A stretch of 64,000 nucleotides of DNA from Octopus bimaculoides (GCF_001194135.2 NC_069002.1:22983805-23047804); one strand, 5' to 3'. Positions 1 to 11,862 are shown, numbered from the stretch's first letter. Numbers and translations are program-made. The notes: generated by a model from the sequence alone, not told the origin.

Positions 1-38
<38 letters not shown>

Positions 39-287
39 CATACATACATACATACATGTGTGTATTTGCATTTACTTACATGTATGTACATATTTATGCT
101 TAAAGCTCTATGTATATGACTTTGTATGTGCATGTGTTTATATATGCATATATACTTAAATGTGTGTGTATACATACATGCATGCATACATATATGTATA
201 TATACTAGAATAAATATACATGCATAAATATATGTGTATATATATGCATATATGTGTGCATAGATATGCATCTGTATATATGTACGT

Positions 288-321
<34 letters not shown>

Positions 322-415
322 CTATATCCGTATGTATTACATGCACACACACATGTATGTATGTGTATATATGTATGTATGTATGTGTATATATGTATGT
401 ATATATATATATATG

Positions 416-449
<34 letters not shown>
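1..449. repeat. Compound (TA)n/(TACA)n/(CA)n microsatellite
   Basis: Directly visible. Representative of dozens of similar tracts across the window. Confidence 0.95.
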
Positions 450-452
<3 letters not shown>

Positions 453-479
453 GTTAAATTTATGTAGGCTTTACCACTG

Positions 480-1420
480 AAATGTTTTTGACTACTGGTC
501 TTCCATTTGACCAATCATGTATTAATTTTTTGATTTGCAGTTGTTTTTTGGCTTTGTGTTGGAATATAAGCATTACTCTCTGATTATTAATCGTCTATTT
601 TTAGGAGGGGCTTTATACAGCATGGATCTATTATCAACTAGTATTTTACTACCTAAGATTGTTTTGTGATGCATGGTATAGTGTGCTGTGATTGCTCTTT
701 GTTGTGAATGCATGGTGAGCATATGAGAGTGTGTTGTACTAGTATGGCCAATATATTGTTAAAGAAACATTTAACTCTGCTGCTGTAATTGACAATGAAG
801 GTATAAGCCATAGAAACTTTATTGATAAGATTGAATAATTTGCCTATCATGGATCATCAGAAAAGGCAAAGTTATATGGTATAACCCTCCTTTCCATTTG
901 ACTGCCAGACTTAATATTGCCTAATCCTACTGAATTTTGCCAGTTATCTCTTTCCGTATCCCTACAAGTTTCATAAAATCTTTAATAGATGTAATTTTAA
1001 AGAACATTTGAACAGTATGAATAATTTTGCTTCTTCTTTAGTTGGGATTAATTGGAAGAAATTAGTTTCCTTCCTGACTGGATACCTTACCTCTGTATAA
1101 TTGCTTTAACAGAAGTACATATGCACTAAATAAAGTGTAACAAATTGTGCTAAATTTTCCACCAATAATGACAAAAGATGCTACATATGTCTCACCAAGA
1201 ACACTTTTAAATCTAGTTATATTCATCATAAACTCAGTTTAGACATGAGAATAAAGAAACACAACAACACTATTGAATTACATCTATAGTTTAAAAGATA
1301 AAGGTATCTCTGACAACAAAATTAACTGATCAGTTATTGATATGCTCTTGCTTACATTAATGACCACAATTGCCCTGTTATGCATATCTGAAAAATTCAA
1401 CAGTCTTCCATAGCCTTTTA
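480..1420 (+). mobile_element. Degenerate Penelope-like retroelement ORF (RT C-terminus/linker and GIY-YIG region), with stops and frameshifts
   Basis: Manual translation gives IWYNPPF (874-894), KFHKIFNRCNFK (966-1001), NTFKSSYIHHKLS (1200-1238), LKDKGISDNKIN*SVIDM (from 1291) and LLCISEK. These are collinear with the motif series IIWFNPP / KIFNRNN.K / TFK.RY.NHK.SF / INWSII / CNLCLSEK of marine-invertebrate PLE proteins. Confidence 0.7.
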
Positions 1421-2253
1421 ACCTTTAAAATTCTAAATTGGAGTTGATTTCTTCCTGCCCTCATCAAAAGAAATTTATCCTACATTCCTTCAAGTTATCC
1501 TCTTGTTGACTTAGTTCATGTTTGTTAAAATAACCCTGAATCCAGTCACTACAAGCTGACTCTATCACTCTTCCACACTCCATTGATCCTTCTAGGTGTT
1601 TTCATCTCTTTGCTTTCGGGTTCTTGCTTTCACAGGCCTATAAACGTGCTCCTTAAAGGCTTCCTCTCCTGCATACACTGTAAACTTAACACTACTTAAT
1701 CCTATTTGCATATCTCCTGTTTTTTAACAGGATTTTTATATGCTCTTATACATTGCTTCTTTATTGTACTTTCATTATGTACTCTATCATGCATTTTCTT
1801 TTTATATACGTCTCTGTTTTATCCACCTTATTTTTACATAACCACCTGATCCTCTATTCTCTATTATCATACTACATTGAAACACATTATTGTTTACACA
1901 TATGAATATATAAACCTTTGTTCAAAATGTATTATACTACTCAAAAAGTTGCTTTTCAGGGCTCTAAGCTCCGACATTGTAACTACTGATAATGATTTAA
2001 AAACCCTGGTTTATTATATAATGTATGTAACTTGCATAAATATCTTCACATGCATGTGTTCCTGCATAAAGGCTCTTATGTGTGGAGGCTTCTTATGCTT
2101 CATAAGTGCCTGGATGCATTTTGTCTTCATGTGATATATATATATATGTATGTGTAATATATATATATAAATATAAAGTATAAGGAAAGTAAAAAAATAT
2201 ATAGGTGTAGACGATTTTTAATTCAAATCTAAGTTGGTATAAAACCAATATAT

Positions 2254-2342
2254 ATTCTACAAATTGTTTCAGAGTCTAATGAATTCCAAAGACAAAACGA
2301 AAAACCCTTCTTGAAATAAAAATTAGATTCTTCGCCAGGAAT
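2254..2342 (-). ncRNA. Type I hammerhead ribozyme-like motif (A6G-mutated core, 43-nt helix II loop)
   Basis: Minus strand: AUUC-CUGGCGA-AGAAUCUAA-[43 nt]-UUAGACUCU-GAAAC-AAUUU-GUA-GAAU. Helix I is 4 bp and helix II is 8 of 9 paired. Confidence 0.6.
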
Positions 2343-2513
2343 TACGTGTTCGTATGAAAATTTTCAACCNNNNNNNNNNNNNNNNNNNNTATATATATAT
2401 ATATATATACATACATATATATAAAGATCTTTTATAGCCTAAACAGGAATGAAAGTTCAAATAATGTATTATAGTGCTCAGAAAGTTGAAGGATTTCAAT
2501 CCTCACCTCTTTA

Positions 2514-2550
<37 letters not shown>

Positions 2551-2847
2551 AGAGATAGAGAACAGAATGTTAGCAACCTTTGTGGAAGAGGTTTTTGTTA
2601 AGTTAAGTTTATGGAAAAAAAATTTCTTCCTTAAAGGTTGGTGACATTATTCTCCAAATGATTTTTTTTTTAATATTTAATAAATTAAAAATCTTCCTTT
2701 AAATATTGTAACTGCAACAATTATTTGTTTTATAAAAAACTTTTATAAATATATTTACACACACACACGAAAGTCTATGAGAATTAATATAGTTTTTGAA
2801 ATGTGAAGGTGATTTTTAAAAAACTAACTATTTAAAAAATAAATATA

Positions 2848-3230
2848 TTATGGCTGTGTGATAAGAAGCTTGCTTCCCAACCACTTGGTTCCGGGTTCAG
2901 TCTCACTGTGTGCCACTTTGGGCAGGTGTCTCCTACTATAGCTTCGGGCTGACCAAGGCCTTGTGAGTGGATTTGGAAGACAGAAACTATCATATATATA
3001 TAGTTGTTTATCTGTGTTTTGTTTGTCCTTCACCACCTCTTGAAAACCAGTGTTTGTGTGTTTATGTTCCCGTAACTTGGCGATTAGGCAAAGGTGACCA
3101 ATGGAATAAGTACTGGGCTTTAACAAAAGAAAATAAGTGCTGGGGTTGATTCAGAAGACTAAAATTCTTCAGTGTGGTGCCCCCCCATGGCCACAGTCTA
3201 ATGACTGGAAGAAGTAAAAGTTAAAAGATA
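2848..3230 (+). mobile_element. tRNA-derived SINE, family A (near full length)
   Basis: tRNA-like head (ggctgtgtgataagaagc...ccgggttcagtc), CORE-like ttgggcaggtgtct segment, and tail catggccacagtctaatgactg shared with many copies in the window. Confidence 0.8.
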
Positions 3231-3440
3231 TAAGTACACACACACACACACACACAAGCACAGCTATATATGCTTATATATGTATATATGTATGTGATTT
3301 TGTATATTTATGTATGCATATATTCATGTATATATGTACATATATGTGTATATTAATTTGTGCGTATGCATGTGCTGCATATGTATACACACACACACAT
3401 ATATATATATTTGTGTGTGTGTGTGTGTATGTATGTTTGA

Positions 3441-3492
<52 letters not shown>

Positions 3493-3806
3493 NNNNNNNN
3501 NNNNNTTTTTTTTTTTTTTTTTTTATGATCTGAATTGAAATCTTGGTAGTTCTGGGTTTTCTCATCCTTCTGGGACAGATAAAGCAGATACCAATAATAT
3601 ACTAGGTTGGTTTATTCAACCAATCCACCTGCTTCCTCTACTCTTTTCGCTAAATTTGTGCTGGGCTGAGGCTCTCTCCTCCTCCTCATCCTCCTTATCA
3701 ATATCATCAATGTTGTTGTTATTATTTTCACTATCATCATTATTCGTTGTTATTCTTAGGGCAAATAAAGACATCATTATCATTCTCCCTCTCTTTCTCC
3801 TCCTCC

Positions 3807-3867
<61 letters not shown>

Positions 3868-4763
3868 CATTATCATTACATAATAGAAATAAAGAAAAAA
3901 CCCAGCCATGTTGAGGTATGGTTTAATTTTATGGTCTGTAGCTGAGAAAATTGGCATTCTTCAGTAAGCAATTGTATTCACATCAACTTGCCGAACAATA
4001 TATTTGCATAGAAATAAAAATGAAGGTGAAATAGAGGGAAAAAAAAGAACAAAAACAATAACCTCTACTTTCTTTCATTGTTTTCCTTTTTATTCATTTT
4101 TGCTTTNNNNNNNNNNNNNNNNNNNNNNNNNNNNNNNNNNNNNNNNNNNNNNNNNNNNNNNNNNNNNNNNNNNNNNNNNNNNNNNNNNNNNNNNNNNNNN
4201 NNNNNNNNNNNNNNNNNNNNNNNNNNNNNNNNNNNNNNNNNNNNNNNNNNNNNNNNNNNNNNNNNNNNNNNNNNNNNNNNNNNNNNNNNNNNNNNNNNNN
4301 NNNNNNNNNNNNNNNNNNNNNNNNNNNNNNNNNNNNNNNNNNNNNNNNNNNNNNNNNNNNNNNNNNNNNNNNNNNNNNNNNNNNNNNNNNNNNNNNNNNN
4401 NNNNNNNNNNNNNNNNNNNNNNNNNNNNNNNNNNNNNNNNNNNNNNNNNNNNNNNNNNNNNNNNNNNNNNNNNNNNNNNNNNNNNNNNNNNNNNNNNNNN
4501 NNNNNNNNNNNNNNNNNNNNNNNNNNNNNNNNNNNNNNNNNNNNNNNNNNNNNNNNNNNNNNNNNNNNNNNNNNNNNNNNNNNNNNNNNNNNNNNNNNNN
4601 NNNNNNNNNNNNNNNNNNNNNNNNNNNNNNNNNNNNNNNNNNNNNNNNNNNNNNNNNNNNNNNNNNNNNNNNNNNNNNNNNNNNNNNNNNNNNNNNNNNN
4701 NNNNNNNNNNNNNNNNNNNNNNNNNNNNNNNNNNNNNNNNNNNNNNNNNNNNGAAGAAGGGAC

Positions 4764-4901
4764 AATGTCTTACAGCTGTTTCAGCCTAGAGGTGACATGC
4801 CTCATTCTATCTATATAACTCCAGTAAACTGGAGTAATTGATAGATGAAATGGATGAAAATAGAGGTACATGTATGGTTCTCTAGGCCTCTTCAGATATT
4901 T
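4764..4901 (-). ncRNA. Type I hammerhead ribozyme motif with intact CUGAAGA/GAAA core and long helix II insert
   Basis: Minus strand: CUGAAGA (4895-4889), GGCCUAGAG, [88 nt], CUCUAGGCU, GAAAC-AGCU-GUA, AGACAUU. Helix II is 9 bp and helix III is the palindrome ACAGCUGU. Helix I is weakly paired. Confidence 0.7.
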
Positions 4902-5570
4902 ACAAAGTTTATGGAGTTAATTTACAATATACAAATATAAACATATAAAAATCATATAAAAATCATAAAAACCCACATATATATGTATATACATGCATAC
5001 TCTGACATATATAGATATACATGAATAAATAAACATAAATACATGAATATATATATGTACATTTAAATGTACATACATAAACGTCTATACATGCACACCA
5101 ATGAGTCAATTGTCATTGTTATTATACATAAGGACACATATATACCCGCCCACACATCCATACATACATACACATATGTGTACATAAGCATTCCCGTACA
5201 TTCATGTTCTCTGATACATAAGCTTTAGTTGCGTTTGGAAAGGAGGACTGGTGCATTGGTTCCTATGACAATATTTCCAGCAGTCCTCTTTATGATAGAG
5301 GAATTTATATAAAAAGATATTTTGAGAGCATTGTTATAATAATAATAATAATAATGTCCAAACTTCTATAGCCTGCGATGAGGTTTCTGCCTATGGAGAA
5401 GTTAGAATCCTGCTTGTAGTGGGGAGGGGTAATTTTTGCTGTTCAGTTCCCTCATCTAATTGGTCATCTATTGTTTTAAACAGTATATTGGATAGTGGGT
5501 TGGATTCACAACCCCTAACTTTCTTGGATTATATACATATATATATATATATGTATGTATGGCCGTTTTC

Positions 5571-5758
5571 GTGCGGGTGACACGTAAAAGCACCCACTAC
5601 ACTCTCTGAGTGGTTGGCGTTAGGAAGGGCATCCAGCTGTAGAAACTCTGCCAAATTAGATTGGAGCCTGGTGTTGCCATCCGGTTTCACCAGTCCTCAG
5701 TCAAATCGTCCAACCCATGCTAGCATGGAAAGCGGACGTTAAACGATGATGATGATGA
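5571..5758 (+). mobile_element. LINE-tail/SINE-type repeat with (GAT)n tail, young copy
   Basis: About 5-6 differences from the inverted copy at 45306-45497. More diverged copies lie at about 42930-43095, 49425-49590 and 53810-54000. Confidence 0.8.
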
Positions 5759-5760
5759 TG

Positions 5761-5962
5761 TATTTGTGTGTCTGTCTTTGTCCCCCACCATGACTTGACA
5801 ACCGATGTTGGCATGTTTTTGTTCCCATGACTTAGTGGTTCCACAAAAGAGAGTGATAGAATAAGTACTAGGCTTAGAAAGAATAAGTCCTGGGGATTGA
5901 TTTGTTCGACTAAAGGCGGTGCTCCAGCATGGCCGCAGTCAAATGACTGAAACAAGTAAAAG
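5761..5962 (+). mobile_element. SINE family A, 3' half
   Basis: gaataagtactaggc...aaggcggtgctccagcatggccgcagtcaaatgactgaaacaagtaaaag tail. Confidence 0.8.
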
Positions 5963-6172
5963 AAATAAAAAATAATATGTATATCTAGCTATCTCTCTCT
6001 CTCTTCTCTCTTCTTCTTTCTTCTCTCTCTCTTCTCTTCTCTCTCTCTCTGTCTCTCCCTCTCTCCCTCTCTCTCTCTCTCTCTAAATTCAAGCACACAT
6101 GTATACAAAAGCTTATATATGTAAACAGACATATATACATACACACATGCCCAGGTATGTGTGTATCTAGAT

Positions 6173-6203
<31 letters not shown>

Positions 6204-7902
6204 TGTGTGTATATGTGTGCACATATCTGTACATGCATCATATCATCCTCATCACCATCATTGTTATCATTTTGCATCCACTTACCATGTTGGCATTAGT
6301 TGAACACTTCAAGACAATTTAGTTGGTTCTTATCCAAACTTCCTACCTTTATGTGAATGGTCTGCTGCCTACCATTTACCTATATTTCACTTCAGAATAG
6401 CTTCTATAGCTGTAAAACCTTGCCCAACACTTACCATTATACAGAATGTACAGTTTATTGTGGCACCAACATATAAGAGGTTGTGATGTTCATGCATGTT
6501 TGTTTAATGTAAGCCTGATTGTCTCTCTTTTCATGATTCCACTTCATCACAACCAAACCTCACTGAATTTAAACTTAAATGGTAAATATTTCTTCTTTGA
6601 GGTATATTAATTTCTTATATCAACACAAACCCAGGAATGTGTTAAGAGGAGACCCAGGTGATTCATTGGGCACCATTTGATAACCTGTATTATAGTTTGT
6701 TTACATCCTGTGACTTAGCTGTTTCAGAAAATATAGAGAGCAATAAAATAGGTATCAGACTGAGAAAATAGAAATAAGTTTTTGGGTTCATTTAATTGGC
6801 TAAATTCTCCAGAGTGATGCTTCAGCATGGTTAAAGTTTAACGAGTGGAATTTGTAAAAGTCAATAAGAATTGTGAAAGATAAAATACCAAATAGTAAAG
6901 GCATTAAATTCTTTGCTGTTTCACGGTGCTACCTTTAACAAATGATATTGAATTTATTCCCAGAAAAGAAAGAAGATATCCCACAAAAAATCCAAAAATA
7001 TTTCTGTCCTTTGTCAGAATTTTAGCGCGTTTGAAAGAAGCCAATTTGTTTCCTGTAGATATTTTTTATTGATCTTGAGAGATATAAAAGACAGAATTAA
7101 TCAGGGTGGGATTTCCGAAATAGAACATAGAGCGCCATATTGATGAGATTTGAGCATAAAACATTGAGAGATGAAATAAGACCACATCAAAGTTTTAAAA
7201 TGTTGTCCTACCATCTTTACCAATCTGCAATTTTGGAGGACAGCCTGAAAATAGTCATGATTTCGATAGTGCCAATAAATTATTCTATCGACAAATGTCA
7301 AAATAATTAACATAGTTGAACAGCAAACATTATTTTCTGTGATGACTTGTTTAAATTGTTTCTATGGCTGTTATGTTGTTCATTAGTGACATTGCTGTTA
7401 ACATATTTTATAGCCATGCATCATCTTACATGTGTGAAATATGAACGAGTTTATTGCTGCTAAACAGCAAAAACAAAACAAAAGAACTAAATAAAAGCAT
7501 AAAAAAAGGTTAAAGTGAAATTCTTCCTAAAAGCCTCTGAGATAAAGGTATAAAATTAACTCATTTATTTAAATTTTAATTTATTTTTCAAATACTTGTG
7601 TCTTATTTAAAAAAAAATTTTATTTCCCATAATTTGGTAGGTGGTGTAGAATAAGTTAAGTATTATTTTTCCTTCTGTTATGTCAAAGTTAATTAACTAA
7701 TAGAAAAAAAATTGTATTCTTCTCATTAACAGTTGCTGTTGTTCCGATATATTATATAAATTTATGTTTTATGCAGACCTTTAGTCAAGCACACACATAC
7801 ACACACACACACACACACACTCATATGAATACATATTAGGAAGTGTGCTGTTCAGTCTATCACCTTTATACCAATACACATTTACACACAGATACACTCA
7901 CA

Positions 7903-7958
<56 letters not shown>

Positions 7959-8499
7959 NNNNNNNNNNNNNNNNNNNNNNNNNNNNNNNNNNNNNNNNNN
8001 NNNNNNNNNNNNNNNNNNNNNNNNNNNNNNNNNNNNNNNNNNNNNNNNNNNNNNNNNNNNNNNNNNNNNNNNNNNNNNNNNNNNNNNNNNNNNNNNNNNN
8101 NNNNNNNNNNNNNNNNNNNNNNNNNNNNNNNNNNNNNNNNNNNNNNNNNNNNNNNNNNNNNNNNNNNNNNNNNNNNNNNNNNNNNNNNNNNNNNNNNNNN
8201 NNNNNNNNNNNNNNNNNNNNNNNNNNNNNNNNNNNNNNNNNNNNNNNNNNNNNNNGGGGGGGGGGGTAGAATTTCTGCTCATTCTCCTGATTTCAGTTTA
8301 TGTGTATCAGTGAAAACTTGTGGTTGTAGTCGTCTTCTGGCTGCTATTTTTAGCATGCTAGTGCTATTTGTAGCACCCTTAATGATTAATTATTAATAAT
8401 TATTATATATTAATATATATATATATATAAAAGATAATAAGAGTGAAAAAACTACAGAAGGCTTGTGTTACATGGTTAAAGTATATATTTAAATTATGT

Positions 8500-9300
8500 C
8501 AGAAAAATGTTATAAAATTTTTTTGGTGTGCGATGGGTAAATTGTCACCATTTTATATTTTTAATTTGGTGCATGTGCATTGTTTGCTTTTGATTTTGTC
8601 AACTACACAGTATAGTAGGATCAGTTGGGCACTGTTTGCGAGAAAAACAGCACCATGATGCAATTCACTCTGCCAGACATTTGGAAATGACATGCTGCAC
8701 TGCTTGTCATTCATGCTGGAAGCTCCAATATGAACATTTGAGAGTGTCTGGGTGTCAATCTGAAGATATGTACTGAGAGTGATAAAAATCAAACATCCAG
8801 TCAACATCATACGTGTTTGGAGTGATCACTAATGATGGCGACGTTATGCCTCCATTCATCTTTCCACATGGCCTCAGACTCAACATGGAGGCCTACATCA
8901 AGTACCTGGAGAAGGTAGTGTTGTCCTGGGTTGAGGGTGGCTGCTGGAAGACCCTATGTCTGGCAACAGGACTCTGCACCATGCCACACTAGCAGGAGAA
9001 CCCAGTCATGGCTGTCAGACAATTTCTGTGACCACATCACCCCTAACATCTTGCCACCTAACTCCCTTCCCAGACAGCAACCCCCTTGATTATTATGTGT
9101 AGGGTGCAGTTGAGTGAGAGACCAACAGAACTCCTTGTAACACCAAAGATGAACTGAAGGCAAGGATTATGGCAGCATTCACCAACTTAAATAAGGTGAC
9201 CATCCAGTAGAGTTGCAAGAGATTCCAAAGTCGCCTGGAAACCATGGTTGAAGCCAATGGCGATTTTATTGAATAAATTTACTCTTTAGTATTTCAAGAT
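8500..9300 (+). mobile_element. Tc1/mariner superfamily maT-type (DD37D) transposase relic, internally deleted
   Basis: Frameshifted translation gives VFGVITNDGDVMPPFIFPHGLRLN, GRPYVWQQDSAPCHTSRRTQSWLSDNF (WQQD at 8961), PPNSPD.NPLDYYV, and KDELKARIMAAF...RLETMVEANGDFIE* (stop at 9274-9276). A short N-terminal piece starts at ATG 8655. Confidence 0.85.
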
Positions 9301-10224
9301 ATTTTTTTGTAATCTTGGTAAACATATCTGTTAAAATGAGAGGTGTATGTATGTGTACATTCATATATATGTGTGTGTGTTTGTATGTATATATGTGTAC
9401 ATTCATATATATATGTGTGAGTGTATGTATGTGTGTATGTATATGTATATATATATGTATGTGTGTATGTATGTATGTATGTATATGGGTATATATATAT
9501 ATATATATANNNNNNNNNNNNNNNNNNNNNNNNNNNNNNNNNNNNNNNNNNNNNNNNNNNNNNNNNNNNNNNNNNNNNNNNNNNNNNNNNNNNNNNNNNN
9601 NNNNNNNNNNNNNNNNNNNNNNNNNNNNNNNNNNNNNNNNNNNNNNNNNNNNNNNNNNNNNNNNNNNNNNNNNNNNNNNNNNNNNNNNNNNNNNNNNNNN
9701 NNNNNNNNNNNNNNNNNNNNNNNNNNNNNNNNNNNNNNNNNNNNNNNNNNNTAGGTACAACTGCTCTATTTTATGGTTGATTGGTTCAGCAACACGAAGG
9801 CAATCCAACTGTAAAAGCCCAATTGCTTCAGAACATAAACGAAAATGAAGCCATGCAACAGCCATCTCACTCCCCCAACAAATACATCTAAAAAAAGAAA
9901 ACAAAAACAAAGCTAAACAGCAACAACAACAACGTAAATAAGTAAAAAAGAAACAAAAAAAAAAGAGAAATGTCTATACAAGTGTTTAGCATTCCTGTTT
10001 TTGTTTTAGTGGTTTCAGTTATTGAACTGTGGCCATGCTGCAGCTTCACTTTATTGATTAGATATTTGCAGTTGTAAAGGTGGTGCTTCGGCATGACCCC
10101 AGCATTTGGCTGTATCCAGGAAATGATAAATGTAGGGTTAATTATTTATTGCTAATTGGGAATTATCTATTTGAGTTTTTTCTGCTGAAATAATTGAAGT
10201 GAACAGAGCAGTATCATTTTAGCT

Positions 10225-10430
10225 TTTGTCTTTCACTTGTTTCACTCATTAGACTATGGCCATGCCGGAGCAGTGCATTGAAGAAGTTTTAGTTGAAGGA
10301 ATCAACTCCGCTACATTTTACTAAGTCTGGTACTTATTCTATTGGTCTCTTTTGCCGAACTGCTAGGTTATCAGGATGTAAATACAGCAACACCAGTTGT
10401 CAAGCAGTGGTGGAGGACAAACACACACAC
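10225..10430 (-). mobile_element. SINE family A, 3' half
   Basis: Reverse complement of the family A tail (gactatggccatgccggagcagtgc...tacttattctattggtctct). Confidence 0.75.
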
Positions 10431-10586
10431 ACACACGCACACGCACGCGCGCGCGCGCATTTATATATAAATTAATATAAGTAGCTATGTGCAATATAAA
10501 GCCATGAAGGACAAATTTAATTGTCACTAATTGTGACTGAGGATGCAGAATAACACCCATATTACTTGAAATAAGAGTTAAACCCT

Positions 10587-10748
10587 TACAGCTGCATACA
10601 CACACATTTTATATACATGACAGGGGAGATAACTGTCTCGTGAGCAAAGTTGAAAAGCCACTGGACTAGACTAGTTTCGTCTCTTAATTGGAGATTCATC
10701 AGTAGTGTCTATCCCTATTGCTTGGAGGTTCAGCTAAAACCCTCTGCC
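10587..10748 (-). repeat. Exact inverted copy of 11660-11821 (pseudo-LTR/retrozyme segment)
   Basis: 162 bp that match the reverse complement of 11660-11821 base for base. Confidence 0.95.
10665..10706 (-). ncRNA. Minimal type I hammerhead ribozyme (inverted copy)
   Basis: Reverse complement of 11702-11743; tcatcag at 10696-10702. Confidence 0.75.
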
Positions 10749-11509
10749 AGTATATATATATATATATATATATATATATNNNNNNNNNNNNNNNNNNNNN
10801 NNNNNNNNNNNNNNNNNNNNNNNNNNNNNNNNNNNNNNNNNNNNNNNNNNNNNNNNNNNNNNNNNNNNNNNNNNNNNNNNNNNNNNNNNNNNNNNNNNNN
10901 NNNNNNNNNNNNNNNNNNNNNNNNNNNNNNNNNNNNNNNNNNNNNNNNNNNNNNNNNNNNNNNNNNNNNNNNNNNNNNNNNNNNNNNNNNNNNNNNNNNN
11001 NNNNNNNNNNNNNNNNNNNNNNNNNNNNNNNNNNNNNNNNNNNNNNNNNNNNNNNNNNNNNNNNNNNNNNNNNNNNNNNNNNNNNNNNNNNNNNNNNNNN
11101 NNNNNNNNNNNNNNNNNNNNNNNNNNNNNNNNNNNNNNNNNNNNNNNNNNNNNNNNNNNNNNNNNNNNNNNNNNNNNNNNNNNNNNNNNNNNNNNNNNNN
11201 NNNNNNNNNNNNNNNNNNNNNNNNNNNNNNNNNNNNNNNNNNNNNNNNNNNNNNNNNNNNNNNNNNNNNNNNNNNNNNNNNNNNNNNNNNNNNNNNNNNN
11301 NNNNNNNNNNNNNNNNNNNNNNNNNNNNNNNNNNNNNNNNNNNNNNNNNNNNNNNNNNNNNNNNNNNNNNNNNNNNNNNNNNNNNNNNNNNNNNNNNNNN
11401 NNNNNNNNNNNNNNNNNNNNNNNNNNNNNNNNNNNNNNNNNNNNNNNNNNNNNNNNNNNNNNNNNNNNNNNNNNNNNNNNNNNNNNNNNNNNNNNNNNNN
11501 NNNNNNNNN

Positions 11510-11862
11510 TGTCATGTATATAAAATGTGTGTGTATGCAGCTGTATGGGACTGTCACATTAAGTTGACAACATACTATCACTTTATCATGCTGCTACTGC
11601 ATAAATCTCTCTCAGAGATTTAGAAACGTATTATTGCACCTAGAAAGTTACATTCCAAAGGCAGAGGGTTTTAGCTGAACCTCCAAGCAATAGGGATAGA
11701 CACTACTGATGAATCTCCAATTAAGAGACGAAACTAGTCTAGTCCAGTGGCTTTTCAACTTTGCTCACGAGACAGTTATCTCCCCTGTCATGTATATAAA
11801 ATGTGTGTGTATGCAGCTGTATGGGACTGTCACATTAAGTTGACAACATACTATCACTTTAT
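11510..11862 (+). mobile_element. Tandem 276-bp unit containing a hammerhead (Penelope pseudo-LTR or non-LTR retrozyme)
   Basis: 11510-11586 is identical to 11786-11862 (period 276). The unit contains the hammerhead at 11702-11743. The left end runs into a gap of about 730 N. Confidence 0.7.
11702..11743 (+). ncRNA. Minimal type I hammerhead ribozyme
   Basis: ACUA-CUGAUGA (11706-11712)-AUCUC-caauuaa-GAGAC-GAAAC-ua-GUC (11737-11739)-UAGU. Helix I is ACUA/UAGU, helix III is the palindrome ACUAGU, and pair 10.1-11.1 is an A.C mismatch. Confidence 0.8.

Noticed and set aside
6900-7360. Possible mariner transposase relic on the minus strand
   Set aside because: Only faint resemblance to YSPDLAP/LFR motifs; I cannot support it without a profile search.
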